63,860 nt of DNA, filler included, from Thermodesulfobacteriota bacterium (GCA_036381125.1; 9 parts of 9 records of this genome joined end to end with filler, not necessarily neighbours in it); one strand, 5' to 3'. Counted from the first letter of the whole stretch, positions 22,048-33,373 are shown. Notes: generated from the letters alone by a model not told the origin. Made by a program: numbers and translations.

Positions 22048-23439
22048 TCATCGTCGCCCTCTCGCGGCGTAGTAGAGGATGCGCGTCCCCGAGGCGAGCG
22101 CCTCCCGGCCCTCCACCGCGAACCTCGCCTCGAGCGCCCGCTCGAACGGCTCGACGTCGTAGTCCCGGTAGCGGTCGTCCTTGTTCATGAGGAGCCGCCC
22201 GACCATCGGGTCGTCGCGGGTCACGAACTCGATCACCACGTCCCCGCCGAGGCCGGCGAGCCAGTCGACGAACTCCGCGAGCGGCACGTTCGCGCCGAGG
22301 ACGACGTGGTGGATCAGCGCCAGGCAGAGGACGAGGTCGGGCCGGCCGCGCGCGGCGAGCGGCTTGCGCTCGAGGCCGCGCCACCCGAGCCCGGGCGAGG
22401 CGTCGACCAGGTCCACGACGAGCGGCAGGATGCCCCGATGCCCCTCCTCCCGGAGCGCCCGATAGAGGCGCTCGACGGCCAGGTGGTCGCTGTCCATGGC
22501 GACGACGTACGCCCCCGTCTCCGCGGCGAGCCGCGCGAACCGGCCGGTGTTGCAGCCGAGGTCCCAGACGAGCCGGCGAGACCTCGCGCGCGCCGCCTCC
22601 GACACGAACGCCGCCTTGCGGGCGTGGTCGGGCTCCGTGTAGCCGTGCGTCCGGTCGTACTCCGACCAGGTCGAGCGCGACCGGCGCCAGGTGAGCCCGC
22701 GGATCGTTCGCGCGAGCCGGCGGACGTTGGCCGCGATCGCCGCCCGGCTGAACTCGGCCGAGCGGAGCGCGTCGCGCACCGCGGCGCCGCCGAAGCGCGC
22801 CTGGAGCCGCGCCTGGAGCCACACGTGGAGGAGCACGGCCGGCCGGAGGCGGTCGAGGCCGGTGAGGAGGCCGGATGCGACCTCGGCCGGGATCCCGTCG
22901 AGGCGCCCGCGGAGCCAGGGCTGGAACGGCACGTCCCGGAGCGCCTGCACGAGGAGCGGGTAGAGGAACAGCTCGCAGAACTGCCGGTACCCCACCCAGA
23001 CGTCGCCCGGCTCGAGCCGCTCGAAGGAGCCCACGTCGATGAAGACCGGGCGGGCCCCGACCCACTGGACGTTGTAGGGCGAGGCGTCCTTGAGCGTCAT
23101 CCCCTCGTCCAGCGCCTCGAGGAGGAGGTCGAGGTGCAGGAGCGCCGCGTCCCTGAGCATCCCGAAGGACCACTCGTACGGGTACGACACGAAGGGGACC
23201 GCCTCGTGGCGCAGGACCGCCCGCCAGTCGCCCGGCGGCAGCAGGCCGGCGGCGCCGGCGAGGCGTTCGGTCCGGACGACCCGCCCCTCGCGCACGGCGC
23301 GCGCGAAGAACGTCGTGGCCTCGAGCGCCTCCCAGTCGGCCAGCGCCTCGGGGCCGAGGGCGCGCAGGACCCGGTCCCCCTCGACGAGGACCCGGCTCGA
23401 CCGGTCCCGGTACGAGCCGGGCTCGAACGCGACGGTCAC
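22048..23439 (-). CDS. NoeA-like kinase-like/SAM-dependent methyltransferase fusion
   Basis: GSYRD, SYPYEWSF, LKDAS.YNVQ..FID.GSFE; C-terminal WDLGCNTG and LALIHH. Confidence 0.8.
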   Translation of the reverse strand: MTVAFEPGSYRDRSSRVLVEGDRVLRALGPEALADWEALEATTFFARAVREGRVVRTERLAGAAGLLPPGDWRAVLRHEAVPFVSYPYEWSFGMLRDAALLHLDLLLEALDEGMTLKDASPYNVQWVGARPVFIDVGSFERLEPGDVWVGYRQFCELFLYPLLVQALRDVPFQPWLRGRLDGIPAEVASGLLTGLDRLRPAVLLHVWLQARLQARFGGAAVRDALRSAEFSRAAIAANVRRLARTIRGLTWRRSRSTWSEYDRTHGYTEPDHARKAAFVSEAARARSRRLVWDLGCNTGRFARLAAETGAYVVAMDSDHLAVERLYRALREEGHRGILPLVVDLVDASPGLGWRGLERKPLAARGRPDLVLCLALIHHVVLGANVPLAEFVDWLAGLGGDVVIEFVTRDDPMVGRLLMNKDDRYRDYDVEPFERALEARFAVEGREALASGTRILYYAARGRR

Positions 23440-23440
23440 G

Positions 23441-23650
23441 TCAGGGCCTGCCCTTCTCCGTGCGGCCGAGGCCGACGAGCGCCTTGAGCTTCTGCCAGTA
23501 GAGCTTCACCAGCACGACGAGGCCGGCGACGCCCCCCAGGATGAGTTGCAGGAGCATGCTGCCGCTGCCCGGATCGAGGTACGCGTGCGCCGGCCCCGCC
23601 GTCAGGGCGACGAGGAGTCCGGCCGCCGCGATCGTGGTGATTGCGCGCAT
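23441..23650 (-). CDS. small membrane protein of the AYLDPGSGS type
   Basis: signal peptide ending AHA, YLDPGSGSMLLQ, TM helix and basic tail. Confidence 0.75.
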   Translation of the reverse strand: MRAITTIAAAGLLVALTAGPAHAYLDPGSGSMLLQLILGGVAGLVVLVKLYWQKLKALVGLGRTEKGRP

Positions 23651-23673
23651 GGGATGGTCCCTCCGTGAGCCGC

Positions 23674-24678
23674 TCACAGGGTCATGTCGATCCGCCGGAG
23701 CCAGAGCGCGAGCCCGCACGCCGTGAGGAGGAGCACGAGGAGCAGCCAGAGCGCCCCCTCCTCGGTCGGCACGTACGTGAGCGCGACGCCGCTCGCGCCG
23801 AGGACGACGCCGGCGGCGTAGTTGGCCGCCACGGTCTGCCGCGTCGTGAGGCGCCACTTCCTGAGGCGCAGCGCGACGTGGTCGGGGCTGCCCAGCATGA
23901 CCGGCAGCCCGCGCATCTGGCGGACGTGCATCACGAACAGCATGTCGAAGAGCGGCACGCCGAGAATGACGACCGGCGCGAGGGCCGCGGTGACGGTCCG
24001 CTCGGTGACGCTGTTGTTGATGGCGAGCGCGCCGAGGAGCAGCCCCACGAGCTGGCTCCCCGTGTCGCCGAGGTAGATGCGCGCCGGCTCGGCGTTGTAG
24101 CGCAGGAAGCCGACCAGGGCGCCGGCCAGCGCGAGGCACATGATGGAGGGGACCGGCCGGCCGGCCGCCGCCGTGAGGGCGAACATGGCGACCGCGGCCA
24201 CGGCCCCTACCCCGGCCGAGAGGCCGTCCATCACGTCGATCAGGTTGAAGGCGTTCGTCGTCGCCAGGAGCCAGAGGAGCGTGAGCGGCAGGGCGAGCCA
24301 GATCGGCACGAACGCGAGCTTGACGTAGACGCCGGAGCGGATCAGCACCGCGCAGGCCAGCGCCTGCCCGGCGAGCTTCACCCAGGGCGACAGCGCGCCC
24401 AGGTCGTCGACGAGGCCGAAGACCACGACCAGGCCGGAAGCGAGCAGCAGGCCGAGGACCTCGTGTCCCCGGCTGAGGTCGATCGTCAGCGCGACCGAGA
24501 CGAGGAACGCCACGTAGACGGCGAGCCCGCCGAGGTACGGCACCGGCTCGCGCTGGCGCTTGAGACGGCCGTCGGGCCGGTCGACGAAGCCGATCCGGAG
24601 CGCGGCCTCGCGCACCCGCGGCACGAGCCAGAGCGAGAGCGCGAGCGAGATGGCGAAGGCGAGCGCCGCGAGCGTCAT
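23674..24678 (-). CDS. WecA/TagO/MraY-family undecaprenyl-phosphate glycosyl-1-P transferase
   Basis: PYLGGLA, GLVDD, NAFNLIDVMDGL, N..PARIYLGDTGS. Confidence 0.9.
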   Translation of the reverse strand: MTLAALAFAISLALSLWLVPRVREAALRIGFVDRPDGRLKRQREPVPYLGGLAVYVAFLVSVALTIDLSRGHEVLGLLLASGLVVVFGLVDDLGALSPWVKLAGQALACAVLIRSGVYVKLAFVPIWLALPLTLLWLLATTNAFNLIDVMDGLSAGVGAVAAVAMFALTAAAGRPVPSIMCLALAGALVGFLRYNAEPARIYLGDTGSQLVGLLLGALAINNSVTERTVTAALAPVVILGVPLFDMLFVMHVRQMRGLPVMLGSPDHVALRLRKWRLTTRQTVAANYAAGVVLGASGVALTYVPTEEGALWLLLVLLLTACGLALWLRRIDMTL

Positions 24679-25542
24679 CGGGCAGCCGACCGGTAGAGCG
24701 CCGCGACCCGCGGCGCCCAGGCCTCGAGCGAGTAGCGCTGCTCGACCGTCCGCCGGCCGGCGGCGCCGAGGCGGGCCCGCAGCGCGGGGGAGCGCGCGAG
24801 GTCGCGGAGCGCCGCGTACCAGTCCGCCTCGGTCGACGCCAGGCGGCCGTTCTCGCCGTCCGCGACGATCTCGCGGTTGACGCCGACCGGCGAGGCGACG
24901 GCCGGCACGCCGGCCGCCATGTACTGGAGGAGCTTGAGCCCGCACTTGCCCCGGCTCCACTCGTCGTCCGGCAGCGGCATGACCCCGACGTCGAGCCGGG
25001 CGAGCAGGTCGGCCTCGGCCGCCTCGCTCCACGGGACCTCCCGCACCGTGACGCCCGGCAGGCGGGGCGCGCCGCGCGAGACGACGTGCAGCTCGAGCGG
25101 GACCTCGCGTGCGAGGCGCGCGAGCGGGGCGGCGAGCCGCTCGAGCGACGGGAAGTTGTACGGAAGCCCGATCCAGCCGACGACGAAGCGCTCGCCGTCC
25201 TCGTGACGCAGCCGCGGCCGGTAGCGATCCACGTCGACGACCGTCGGCACGACCGCCACCTCGCGCGCGAAGCGGCCGGCGAAGTCGGCGAGCGACGCGT
25301 TGCCGACGATCGCGAGCCGCGCCGCGGCGAGCAGGCGGCCGAGCTTCGCCCGGTGACCCGGCGTGAGGTAGATCGCGTCGTCGAACTCGATCACGACCGG
25401 CACCTCGCCTCGCAGGCACGCCAGCTCGCACGCCGCCGGCCAGTACGGGAAGAGCTGCCGCTCGACCACCACCAGGTCGGCACGCGGACCGCCGGCGAGG
25501 TCGGCGAGCCGACGCGCGTAGCCGGCCGCGGCGGCCCCCGCG
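24675..25542 (-). CDS. GT4 glycosyltransferase (5' truncated by contig end)
   Basis: EFDDAIY, GWIG, DVG.MPL, GKCGLKLLQYMAAG.P.VASPVG. Confidence 0.88.
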
Positions 25543-25642
25543 NNNNNNNNNNNNNNNNNNNNNNNNNNNNNNNNNNNNNNNNNNNNTTAATTAATTAANN
25601 NNNNNNNNNNNNNNNNNNNNNNNNNNNNNNNNNNNNNNNNNN
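25543..25642. other. contig linker (artificial)
   Basis: N44-TTAATTAATTAA-N44. Confidence 0.99.
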
Positions 25643-27245
<1,603 letters not shown>

Positions 27246-27258
<13 letters not shown>

Positions 27259-27701
27259 CGGTCGCGCCGTCCCCCGGCGACCCCCGGCCGTGCCTCGACC
27301 ACCTCGGGCGTCCGGTAGCCGAAGTAGGCCGCGATCAGCGCCGTGGCGCCGTGCAGCCAGATGTCGTGGTCGAAGAGCGGCGTGAGGCCGAACAGCGTGT
27401 TCAGCCCCGGGAAGAACCCCATGACCGCCAGCACGCCGAGGATCCAGGCGAGACCTCGCGAGAACGTCCGCGCCGCCGAGTAGCGGGCGTACGCCGCGAG
27501 CCCCCAGATGCCGAGGCCCAGGTGCACGAGGTTGTGCAGCACGTTGATCGGGAAGAGACCGAACAGCCGTCCGGCGCCGGTATCGATGGCGAGCGCCGGA
27601 GCTGCGCCGTTCAGCGCCGTGCGGAATGCGGGGACGAATCCGGCAATGCCGGCCAGGGCGTAGACCAGGCCGGCAACGAGGGCAAAGTAGCGGGTCTGCA
27701 T
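27246..27701 (-). CDS. DUF4383-family membrane protein
   Basis: LFGLFPINVLHNLVHL, DIWLH, four TM helices. Confidence 0.8.
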
Positions 27702-27760
27702 GTCATACCCCTCCGAGGTGCGACTGACGGGACGCGTCCGCACGCCCCTCCCCTCGGGGT

Positions 27761-27776
27761 CGCAAGCGCCGTGCCT
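27761..27776 (-). promoter_or_regulatory. putative sigma54 promoter
   Basis: AGGCACGGCGCTTGCG about 60 bp upstream of the DUF4383 start. Confidence 0.45.
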
Positions 27777-27847
27777 GCCCCTCGGCCTACCGGACGCGAC
27801 GGCCCCCGCCGGCCCCGCCCGGCCGCCGGCCCCGTCGCGGCGCGTCG

Positions 27848-29320
27848 CTACGCGCCCGCGGCCGGCAGCGTGCGGGGGGATGGCGGCGGGAGCCCCGGCT
27901 CGGCGAAGAAGTAGCCCTGCACGAAGTCGACGTGGTGGGCGGTGAGCCAGCGCCACTCCCCCTCGCTCTCGACCCCCTCGGCCACGGTCCGGATGCCGAG
28001 GTTGCGCGCCGACTCGAGCAGCTTGCCGACGATCTCCGCCCGGTACGCGTCGCCGTCCACGTCCCGTACGAGCTCCATGTCGAGCTTGACGAAGTCGGGC
28101 CGAAGGAGCGTCAGGGCGCTCAGCGAGCTGTAGCCCGCCCCGAGGTCGTCGAGGGCGACGCCGAAGCCGGCGGCGCGGTAGAGGTCCAGGAGCTGCCTCA
28201 GGCCGTCGGGGTCCCTGATCTCGTCGCTCTCGACCACCTCGAAGACCACCCGCGACGGGTCCAGCGCCGCGTCGCGCACCGCGTCCATGGTGGCCTCGAG
28301 GTGCGCCCGCGGATCGTCGATCGAGGCCGGGTTCACGTTCAGGAAGAGCCGCGTCTCGAGGCCGTATTCCACCGCGCCGCGGATCGCCGTGAGGCGTGCG
28401 ATCCGGTCGAGGTGCACGAGGAGGTCGACCGAGCGCGCCGTGTCGAAGAGGCGCTCGGCGCCGACGATGGAGCCGTCGCGTTCGCGGCCGCGGACGAGCG
28501 CCTCGTAGCCGAAGATCCGCTCCGGACGCCCCGCGTGCACGATCGGCTGGAAGACGGAGAGGAGCCGTCCGTCGCGCAGCATCGCGAGCAGCCAGCCCTT
28601 CTCCACGTGCGTGACGAGCGTGCCGAGCGGCTGCATCCGCATGAGATCGGCCAGGCTCGGGCCCACGCCCTCGGTGAGGACGAGCGCGCGACACCGGCCG
28701 ATCTCGGCCGGGGAGAGGACCCGCCGCAGCGCGGTGACGAGGCGAGGCAGCAGGCCCCGGCAGAGCGGGATCGCGAGGAGGTCCCGGTAGGGCTCGGAGA
28801 AGCGGGCGCCGAGCTCCGGCAGGAGGCTCTCCACGCGCGCGCGGACCTCGCCGGCCGCCAGCGTGAGGTAGAGCGTGCCGCCCTCCGGGGGCGGAGCGGG
28901 AAGGCGCGTGCCGTCGACGCTCGCGGCCGCGAGGCCGTTCGAGCCGGCCAGGACCGCGGGCGGCTCCTCGCGCGGCCCGCCCGGCCGGCCCGGCCGTCCC
29001 CGGCGCATCTCCCCCAGGCGACTCGCCACGTACGCGCGGATCGCCGCACGGGTGTCGGAGTCGATGCCGGTGAAGCGAAGCCCCATGCCGATGTCGGGCT
29101 CGGACCAGGCCACCGCCGCGTCCACCTCCAGGGTGCGCGGGTCGCCGGGCAGCGAGAAGCGGAGCCTGACGGGGAGCCCTTCGGGCAGGGGCGTGTGCGT
29201 CTCGATGAAGACGCCGCCGGCCGCGAGGTTCGTCGTCCGCCTGCGGATCGGCGGGCAGCCGTCGCCGTACTCGATGTCGATCGAGACCGGGACCCGCATG
29301 CCGCGCCTCCGGTCACGCAC
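27848..29320 (-). CDS. PilZ-EAL c-di-GMP phosphodiesterase
   Basis: RxxxR and NLAAGG PilZ motifs; FQPIV, YEALVR, FEVVE, ALDDLGAGYSSL, VAEGVE, QGYFF. Confidence 0.87.
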   Translation of the reverse strand: MRDRRRGMRVPVSIDIEYGDGCPPIRRRTTNLAAGGVFIETHTPLPEGLPVRLRFSLPGDPRTLEVDAAVAWSEPDIGMGLRFTGIDSDTRAAIRAYVASRLGEMRRGRPGRPGGPREEPPAVLAGSNGLAAASVDGTRLPAPPPEGGTLYLTLAAGEVRARVESLLPELGARFSEPYRDLLAIPLCRGLLPRLVTALRRVLSPAEIGRCRALVLTEGVGPSLADLMRMQPLGTLVTHVEKGWLLAMLRDGRLLSVFQPIVHAGRPERIFGYEALVRGRERDGSIVGAERLFDTARSVDLLVHLDRIARLTAIRGAVEYGLETRLFLNVNPASIDDPRAHLEATMDAVRDAALDPSRVVFEVVESDEIRDPDGLRQLLDLYRAAGFGVALDDLGAGYSSLSALTLLRPDFVKLDMELVRDVDGDAYRAEIVGKLLESARNLGIRTVAEGVESEGEWRWLTAHHVDFVQGYFFAEPGLPPPSPRTLPAAGA

Positions 29321-29571
29321 GCTGGCCCCCTTCCTGCATCGCCTTCACCGCGCGTGCCGTGCCGGCTCCGGGCAAGGGTCTCCCGACGGGAGCGACGGCA
29401 CGCGGTGCGCTCTCGAGCAAGTCCCATGCCGCGGCGAATGTCCCGGCGCGACGAGCGTTTGCGCGGGCCGGCCGCGCCCGCACCGCCGAACCCCGGCACT
29501 TCCGGTGCCGCGGCGCGGCCACGGGCCGGGAGGGCCGGCAGGGCGCCTCGGGCCCCGCGTCCCGAGGCGCC

Positions 29572-30228
29572 TCAGGGCTGCGCCGTCCCCGGCAGCTTCA
29601 GGCGGCGCTCGCAGCGGCGGAAGGCGACCGCGAGCGCATAGCTCACGGCGAGATAGATCGCCCCGACGAGCGTGTAGACCGTCATGGTGCGGAAGGTGGC
29701 CGAGGCGAGCAGCTCGCCCGCGCGCATCAGCTCGCGGACGGAGAGGACGGCGACGAGCGACGACTCCTTGACCATCACGAGCGCGTAGTTGGCCAGCGCC
29801 GGGAAGATCACCCGGACGGCCTGCGGCAGCACGACGTGACGGAACGCCTCTCGCTCGGAGAGCCCCGTCGAGCGTGCGGCCTCCATCTGGCCGGCCGGGA
29901 TCGACTGGATCCCCGCGCGGAAGAGCTCCGCGAGGTAGGCGCCGAAGTTGATCGTGAGGCCGGCCACCCCGGCGCCGAACGCGGGGAGCCGGATGCCGAC
30001 CTCGGGCAGGGCGTAGTAGATGTAGAAGAGCTGCAGGAGGAGCGGCGTGCCGCGAATCACCTCGATGTAGAGGGTCGCGGCGCGCGAGAGCGCCGCGACC
30101 CGCGACAGCCGGCAGACGCAGACGACGAGCCCCACGGCGATCGACAGGGCGAACGACGCCGCCGTCAGCGCGAGCGTCATCCGGGTCCCCTCGAGGAGGG
30201 GCGGCAGGAAGACGGCGATGTCGTCCAT
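29572..30228 (-). CDS. polar amino-acid ABC permease
   Basis: RGTPLLLQL, AYLAELFRAGIQSIP.GQ.EAA, LPQA, KESSL. Confidence 0.92.
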   Translation of the reverse strand: MDDIAVFLPPLLEGTRMTLALTAASFALSIAVGLVVCVCRLSRVAALSRAATLYIEVIRGTPLLLQLFYIYYALPEVGIRLPAFGAGVAGLTINFGAYLAELFRAGIQSIPAGQMEAARSTGLSEREAFRHVVLPQAVRVIFPALANYALVMVKESSLVAVLSVRELMRAGELLASATFRTMTVYTLVGAIYLAVSYALAVAFRRCERRLKLPGTAQP

Positions 30229-30231
30229 CGG

Positions 30232-30924
30232 CTACCTGGCGATCAGATGCCCGACGTCCCACCCGTCGAGGATGCGCTTCAGCTCGCCGTCGGCCTTCAT
30301 CTCGCGCAGCGACGCGTTCACCGCGCCGAGCAGCTCCCGGTCCCCCTTGTTCACCGCCATGCCGATCTTCCAGGCGTTGACCGGCGTGTAGCCCTCGACC
30401 AGCCTCACGCCGGTGATCCCGTGCAGCTTCATCTGGTAGGCGATGGACGGCGGGTCGACCATCGCCACGTCGATGCGGCCGGCTCGAAGGTCGGCGAGGA
30501 GCTGGACGTAGTCCGGGTAGGTGCGGACGTCCTTGACGCCCGGCACGTCCTTGACCAGGTTGTACTGCACGCTGTTGACGAGCACGCCCGCCGTCGACCC
30601 GGACAGCGACTGCAGGCTGTCGTAGGTCTTCGCGCTGTCGGTCCGGACGGCGAGCCCCTCCCCCCATCCGTAAACCGGGTCGGAGAAGTCGACCGCCTCC
30701 GCCCGCTGCGGCGTGATGAAGAGCGGCGCCGACATGAGGTCGGCCCGCCCGGAGGTGAGCGTCGGGATGAGCGAGCCGAACGGCACCTCGGTGAACTCGA
30801 CCGAGACCCCCAGGCGCCGGCCGACCGCCTGCGCGACCTCGACCATGATCCCCTTGAGGCTGTTGGTCTTCGCGTCGAGGAACCCGTGCGGCGGGCTCGA
30901 GGAGGTCGTGACCACCTTGATGAC
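30232..30924 (-). CDS. polar amino-acid ABC substrate-binding protein (5' truncated)
   Basis: F..LIP.L.SGR.D, ITPQRAEAVDFSDP, DL.AGRID. Confidence 0.88.
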   Translation of the reverse strand, partial: VIKVVTTSSSPPHGFLDAKTNSLKGIMVEVAQAVGRRLGVSVEFTEVPFGSLIPTLTSGRADLMSAPLFITPQRAEAVDFSDPVYGWGEGLAVRTDSAKTYDSLQSLSGSTAGVLVNSVQYNLVKDVPGVKDVRTYPDYVQLLADLRAGRIDVAMVDPPSIAYQMKLHGITGVRLVEGYTPVNAWKIGMAVNKGDRELLGAVNASLREMKADGELKRILDGWDVGHLIAR

Positions 30925-31024
30925 NNNNNNNNNNNNNNNNNNNNNNNNNNNNNNNNNNNNNNNNNNNNTTAATTAATTAANNNNNNNNNNNNNNNNNNNN
31001 NNNNNNNNNNNNNNNNNNNNNNNN
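30925..31024. other. contig linker (artificial)
   Basis: N44-TTAATTAATTAA-N44. Confidence 0.99.
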
Positions 31025-31226
31025 ACCGGATGTCCTCGTCGTTGAGGTAGAGGTTCACGAAGCGCCGTAGCTGGCCCTGGTCGTCCATGAGACGCGCCCT
31101 GAGGCCGGGGTGCCGGCGCTCGAGGTCGGCGAGGACGTCCGCCACGGTGCTGCCGGCGGCGGTCACCTCGGCCTGACCGCCGGTGAGGGTGCGGAGTGGG
31201 GTCGGAATGCGGACCGTGATCGCCAT
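31025..31226 (-). CDS. MoaD/ThiS-family sulfur carrier (3' truncated)
   Basis: VRIPTPLRTLTGG..GSTVADVL..LRRFVNLYLNDEDIR. Confidence 0.9.
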
Positions 31227-31238
31227 CGAGAGGTCTCC

Positions 31239-32516
31239 TTACACCGCGGCCGCGGTCTTGCCGGCGTCGTCGCCGGCGACGAGAGCGTCGAACTCCGCGA
31301 GACGCGGGCGGATGCGCCGCGGCGCGGCAACGCGCGACGATCCGGCCAGCGCCTCCTGCGTCTTGAGGCCGTTGCCGGTGATGCAGAGGACGACCGGCTC
31401 GTCGGCCGGGATGCGCCCCTGCCGCACGAGCTTGCGGGCCACCCCGACGGTCACGCCGCCGGCGGTCTCGGTGAAGATCCCCTCGGTCTCGGCCAGGAGC
31501 GAGATGGCGTCGACGATCTCCTCGTCGGTCACGTCCTCACCCCAACCGCCCGACTCCCGCATGGCGCGCGCGGCGTAGTAGCCGTCGGCCGGGTTGCCGA
31601 TGGCGAGCGACTTGGCGATGGTGTTCGGCCGCACCGGCTTGAACAGCTCGCTGCCGGCCTTGACCGCGGTCGTGATGGGCGAGCAGCCGGTGGCCTGCGC
31701 GCCGTACACCCGCGTCCGCGTCGCCGGGATCAGGCCGAGCGTCGTCAGCTCCTTGAAGCCCTTGGCGAGCTTCGTGATGAGGGAGCCCCCCGCCATCGGC
31801 ACGACGACGTGCGCCGGCGCCTGCCAGCCGAGCTGCTCGGCGATCTCGTACGCCATCGTCTTGCTCCCCTCGGCGTAGAAGGGGCGGATGTTGATGTTGG
31901 CGAAGGCCCACCCGTACTTGCCGGCGATCTCGGAGCAGAGGCGGTTGACCTCGTCGTACACGCCGTCGATGGCGATGACGCGGGCGCCGAAGACCGACGT
32001 GCCGAGCACCTTGGCCGCCTCGAGGTCGGCCGGGATGAAGACGTAGCAGTCGAGCCCGGCCGATGCCGCGTTGGCCGCGACGGAGTTGGCGAGGTTGCCG
32101 GTCGAGGCGCAGGCCACCGTGTCGAAGCCGAACTCGACCGACTTCGACAGCGCCACGGCGACGACGCGGTCCTTGAACGACAGCGTCGGGAAGGAGACGG
32201 CGTCGTTCTTGACGTAGAGCTTCGACAGGCCGAGCGCGCGGCCGAGCTGCCGCGCCTCGACGAGCGGCGTGAAGCCGACCTGCCGGCCGACCGTGGGGGC
32301 CTCGTCGAGCGGGAGCAGCTCGCGGTAGCGCCACATCGTCGGGGGCCGCCGCTCGATGACCTCCCGCGAGACGGCGCCGGCGATCCGCGCGTAGTCGTAG
32401 GTGACCTCGAGCGGACCGAAGCAGAACTCGCAGACGTGGACGGGGGCGATGTCGTAGGCGTGACCGCACTCGCGACACCTGAGGCCGGTCACATAGCGCG
32501 TGCGCGCGTGTGTCAT
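31239..32516 (-). CDS. thrC: threonine synthase-like PLP enzyme (possibly homocysteine synthase, MetM type)
   Basis: N-terminal CxxC..CxxC, PTLSFKDR, CASTGNLANS, AKSLAIGNPADG, CITGNGLKT. Confidence 0.85.
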   Translation of the reverse strand: MTHARTRYVTGLRCRECGHAYDIAPVHVCEFCFGPLEVTYDYARIAGAVSREVIERRPPTMWRYRELLPLDEAPTVGRQVGFTPLVEARQLGRALGLSKLYVKNDAVSFPTLSFKDRVVAVALSKSVEFGFDTVACASTGNLANSVAANAASAGLDCYVFIPADLEAAKVLGTSVFGARVIAIDGVYDEVNRLCSEIAGKYGWAFANINIRPFYAEGSKTMAYEIAEQLGWQAPAHVVVPMAGGSLITKLAKGFKELTTLGLIPATRTRVYGAQATGCSPITTAVKAGSELFKPVRPNTIAKSLAIGNPADGYYAARAMRESGGWGEDVTDEEIVDAISLLAETEGIFTETAGGVTVGVARKLVRQGRIPADEPVVLCITGNGLKTQEALAGSSRVAAPRRIRPRLAEFDALVAGDDAGKTAAAV

Positions 32517-32539
32517 GGAGTCCCTCGGACGGACGGGCA

Positions 32540-32597
32540 TGAAAAAAGCCTCGTCCTTATCTAGGGGCCACACCAGATCCCGCGATAAGAAGAGGCT
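32540..32597 (-). terminator. intrinsic terminator of the SAM riboswitch expression platform
   Basis: GAGCCTCTTCTTATC...GATAAGGACGAGGC followed by TTTTTT. Confidence 0.75.
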
Positions 32598-32620
32598 CTT
32601 CGACGCCCGAGGCGTCCGGC

Positions 32621-32768
32621 ATTCTTATCTTTCGGCCTTGGCCGCCGGCCGCCCGTCGGGGCGGCCACGTGCCTGGCCGGGGGAGTTAGCACCAGCACAA
32701 CCCCACGTCGGGGCTGCCGGTTGCTGCGGCTTCGTCGGGCCCATCCCTCCGCCGCTCTCGATAAGAAT
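32621..32768 (-). ncRNA. SAM-I (S-box) riboswitch
   Basis: TTCTTATCGAGAGCGGCGGAGGGA.GGGCCCGACGAAGCCGCAGCAACC...GGTGCTAACTCC...GAAAGATAAGAA. Confidence 0.93.
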
Positions 32769-32801
32769 CGCGGGCGAGATTCCCCGCGTTATGTAGGACC
32801 C

Positions 32802-32830
32802 ATAGTGACGAACCGGAAGGCTGCTGTCAA
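32802..32830 (-). promoter_or_regulatory. putative sigma70 promoter for the SAM riboswitch leader
   Basis: TTGACA-17-CACTAT on the minus strand. Confidence 0.5.
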
Positions 32831-32873
32831 CCGGGTTCCCGCCGAGGAGTCGCTTCACCTCGGCCCGGTCGGA

Positions 32874-33293
32874 CTAGCTCCTGTCCTTCGCGCGCCTGCC
32901 GTGCGCCGGAGCCCAGGGCGGCGGTCCGCCCTTCACGGCTTTCCTGCGGTAGTCCCGCGGCACCTCGAGCACCGCGCGGGGTACCTGCCCCACGGCGATC
33001 TCCACCCACTCGCCGTTCACCGTGACGGACCACCACCAGCGTCCGTCGTAGGGTCGGTACCAGCGTCCCTGGAAGTAGAAGAGGTCGCCCGGGTAGTTCT
33101 CGGCGAAGGCGACCTGCGTCCCCGCGATCAGAACCACCGTGGGCGTGATCGTGATCCTCGGCGGCCTCTTCGCTCGTGCGCCGTGGGCAGGCGCGTGCGG
33201 GGGCGGACCGCCCGGGGCGGAGGCGACGGCGCAGCCGGCCACCATCCCGGCGACGAGCAGGGTGACGAGGACCGCGGGGCGACTCGGCGTCAT
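32874..33293 (-). CDS. hypothetical lipoprotein
   Basis: lipobox VAGC; aromatic-rich core flanked by two GGPPP(H/W)APAHG.RAK motifs. Confidence 0.7.
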   Translation of the reverse strand: MTPSRPAVLVTLLVAGMVAGCAVASAPGGPPPHAPAHGARAKRPPRITITPTVVLIAGTQVAFAENYPGDLFYFQGRWYRPYDGRWWWSVTVNGEWVEIAVGQVPRAVLEVPRDYRRKAVKGGPPPWAPAHGRRAKDRS

Positions 33294-33373
33294 GGGCCCG
33301 ATCCCTCCATGTGCCGGCGGCTGCCGGGCGGCCGCTTGCTATCACTGGGCGCTCGCGCCGTCAATGGCCGGCG

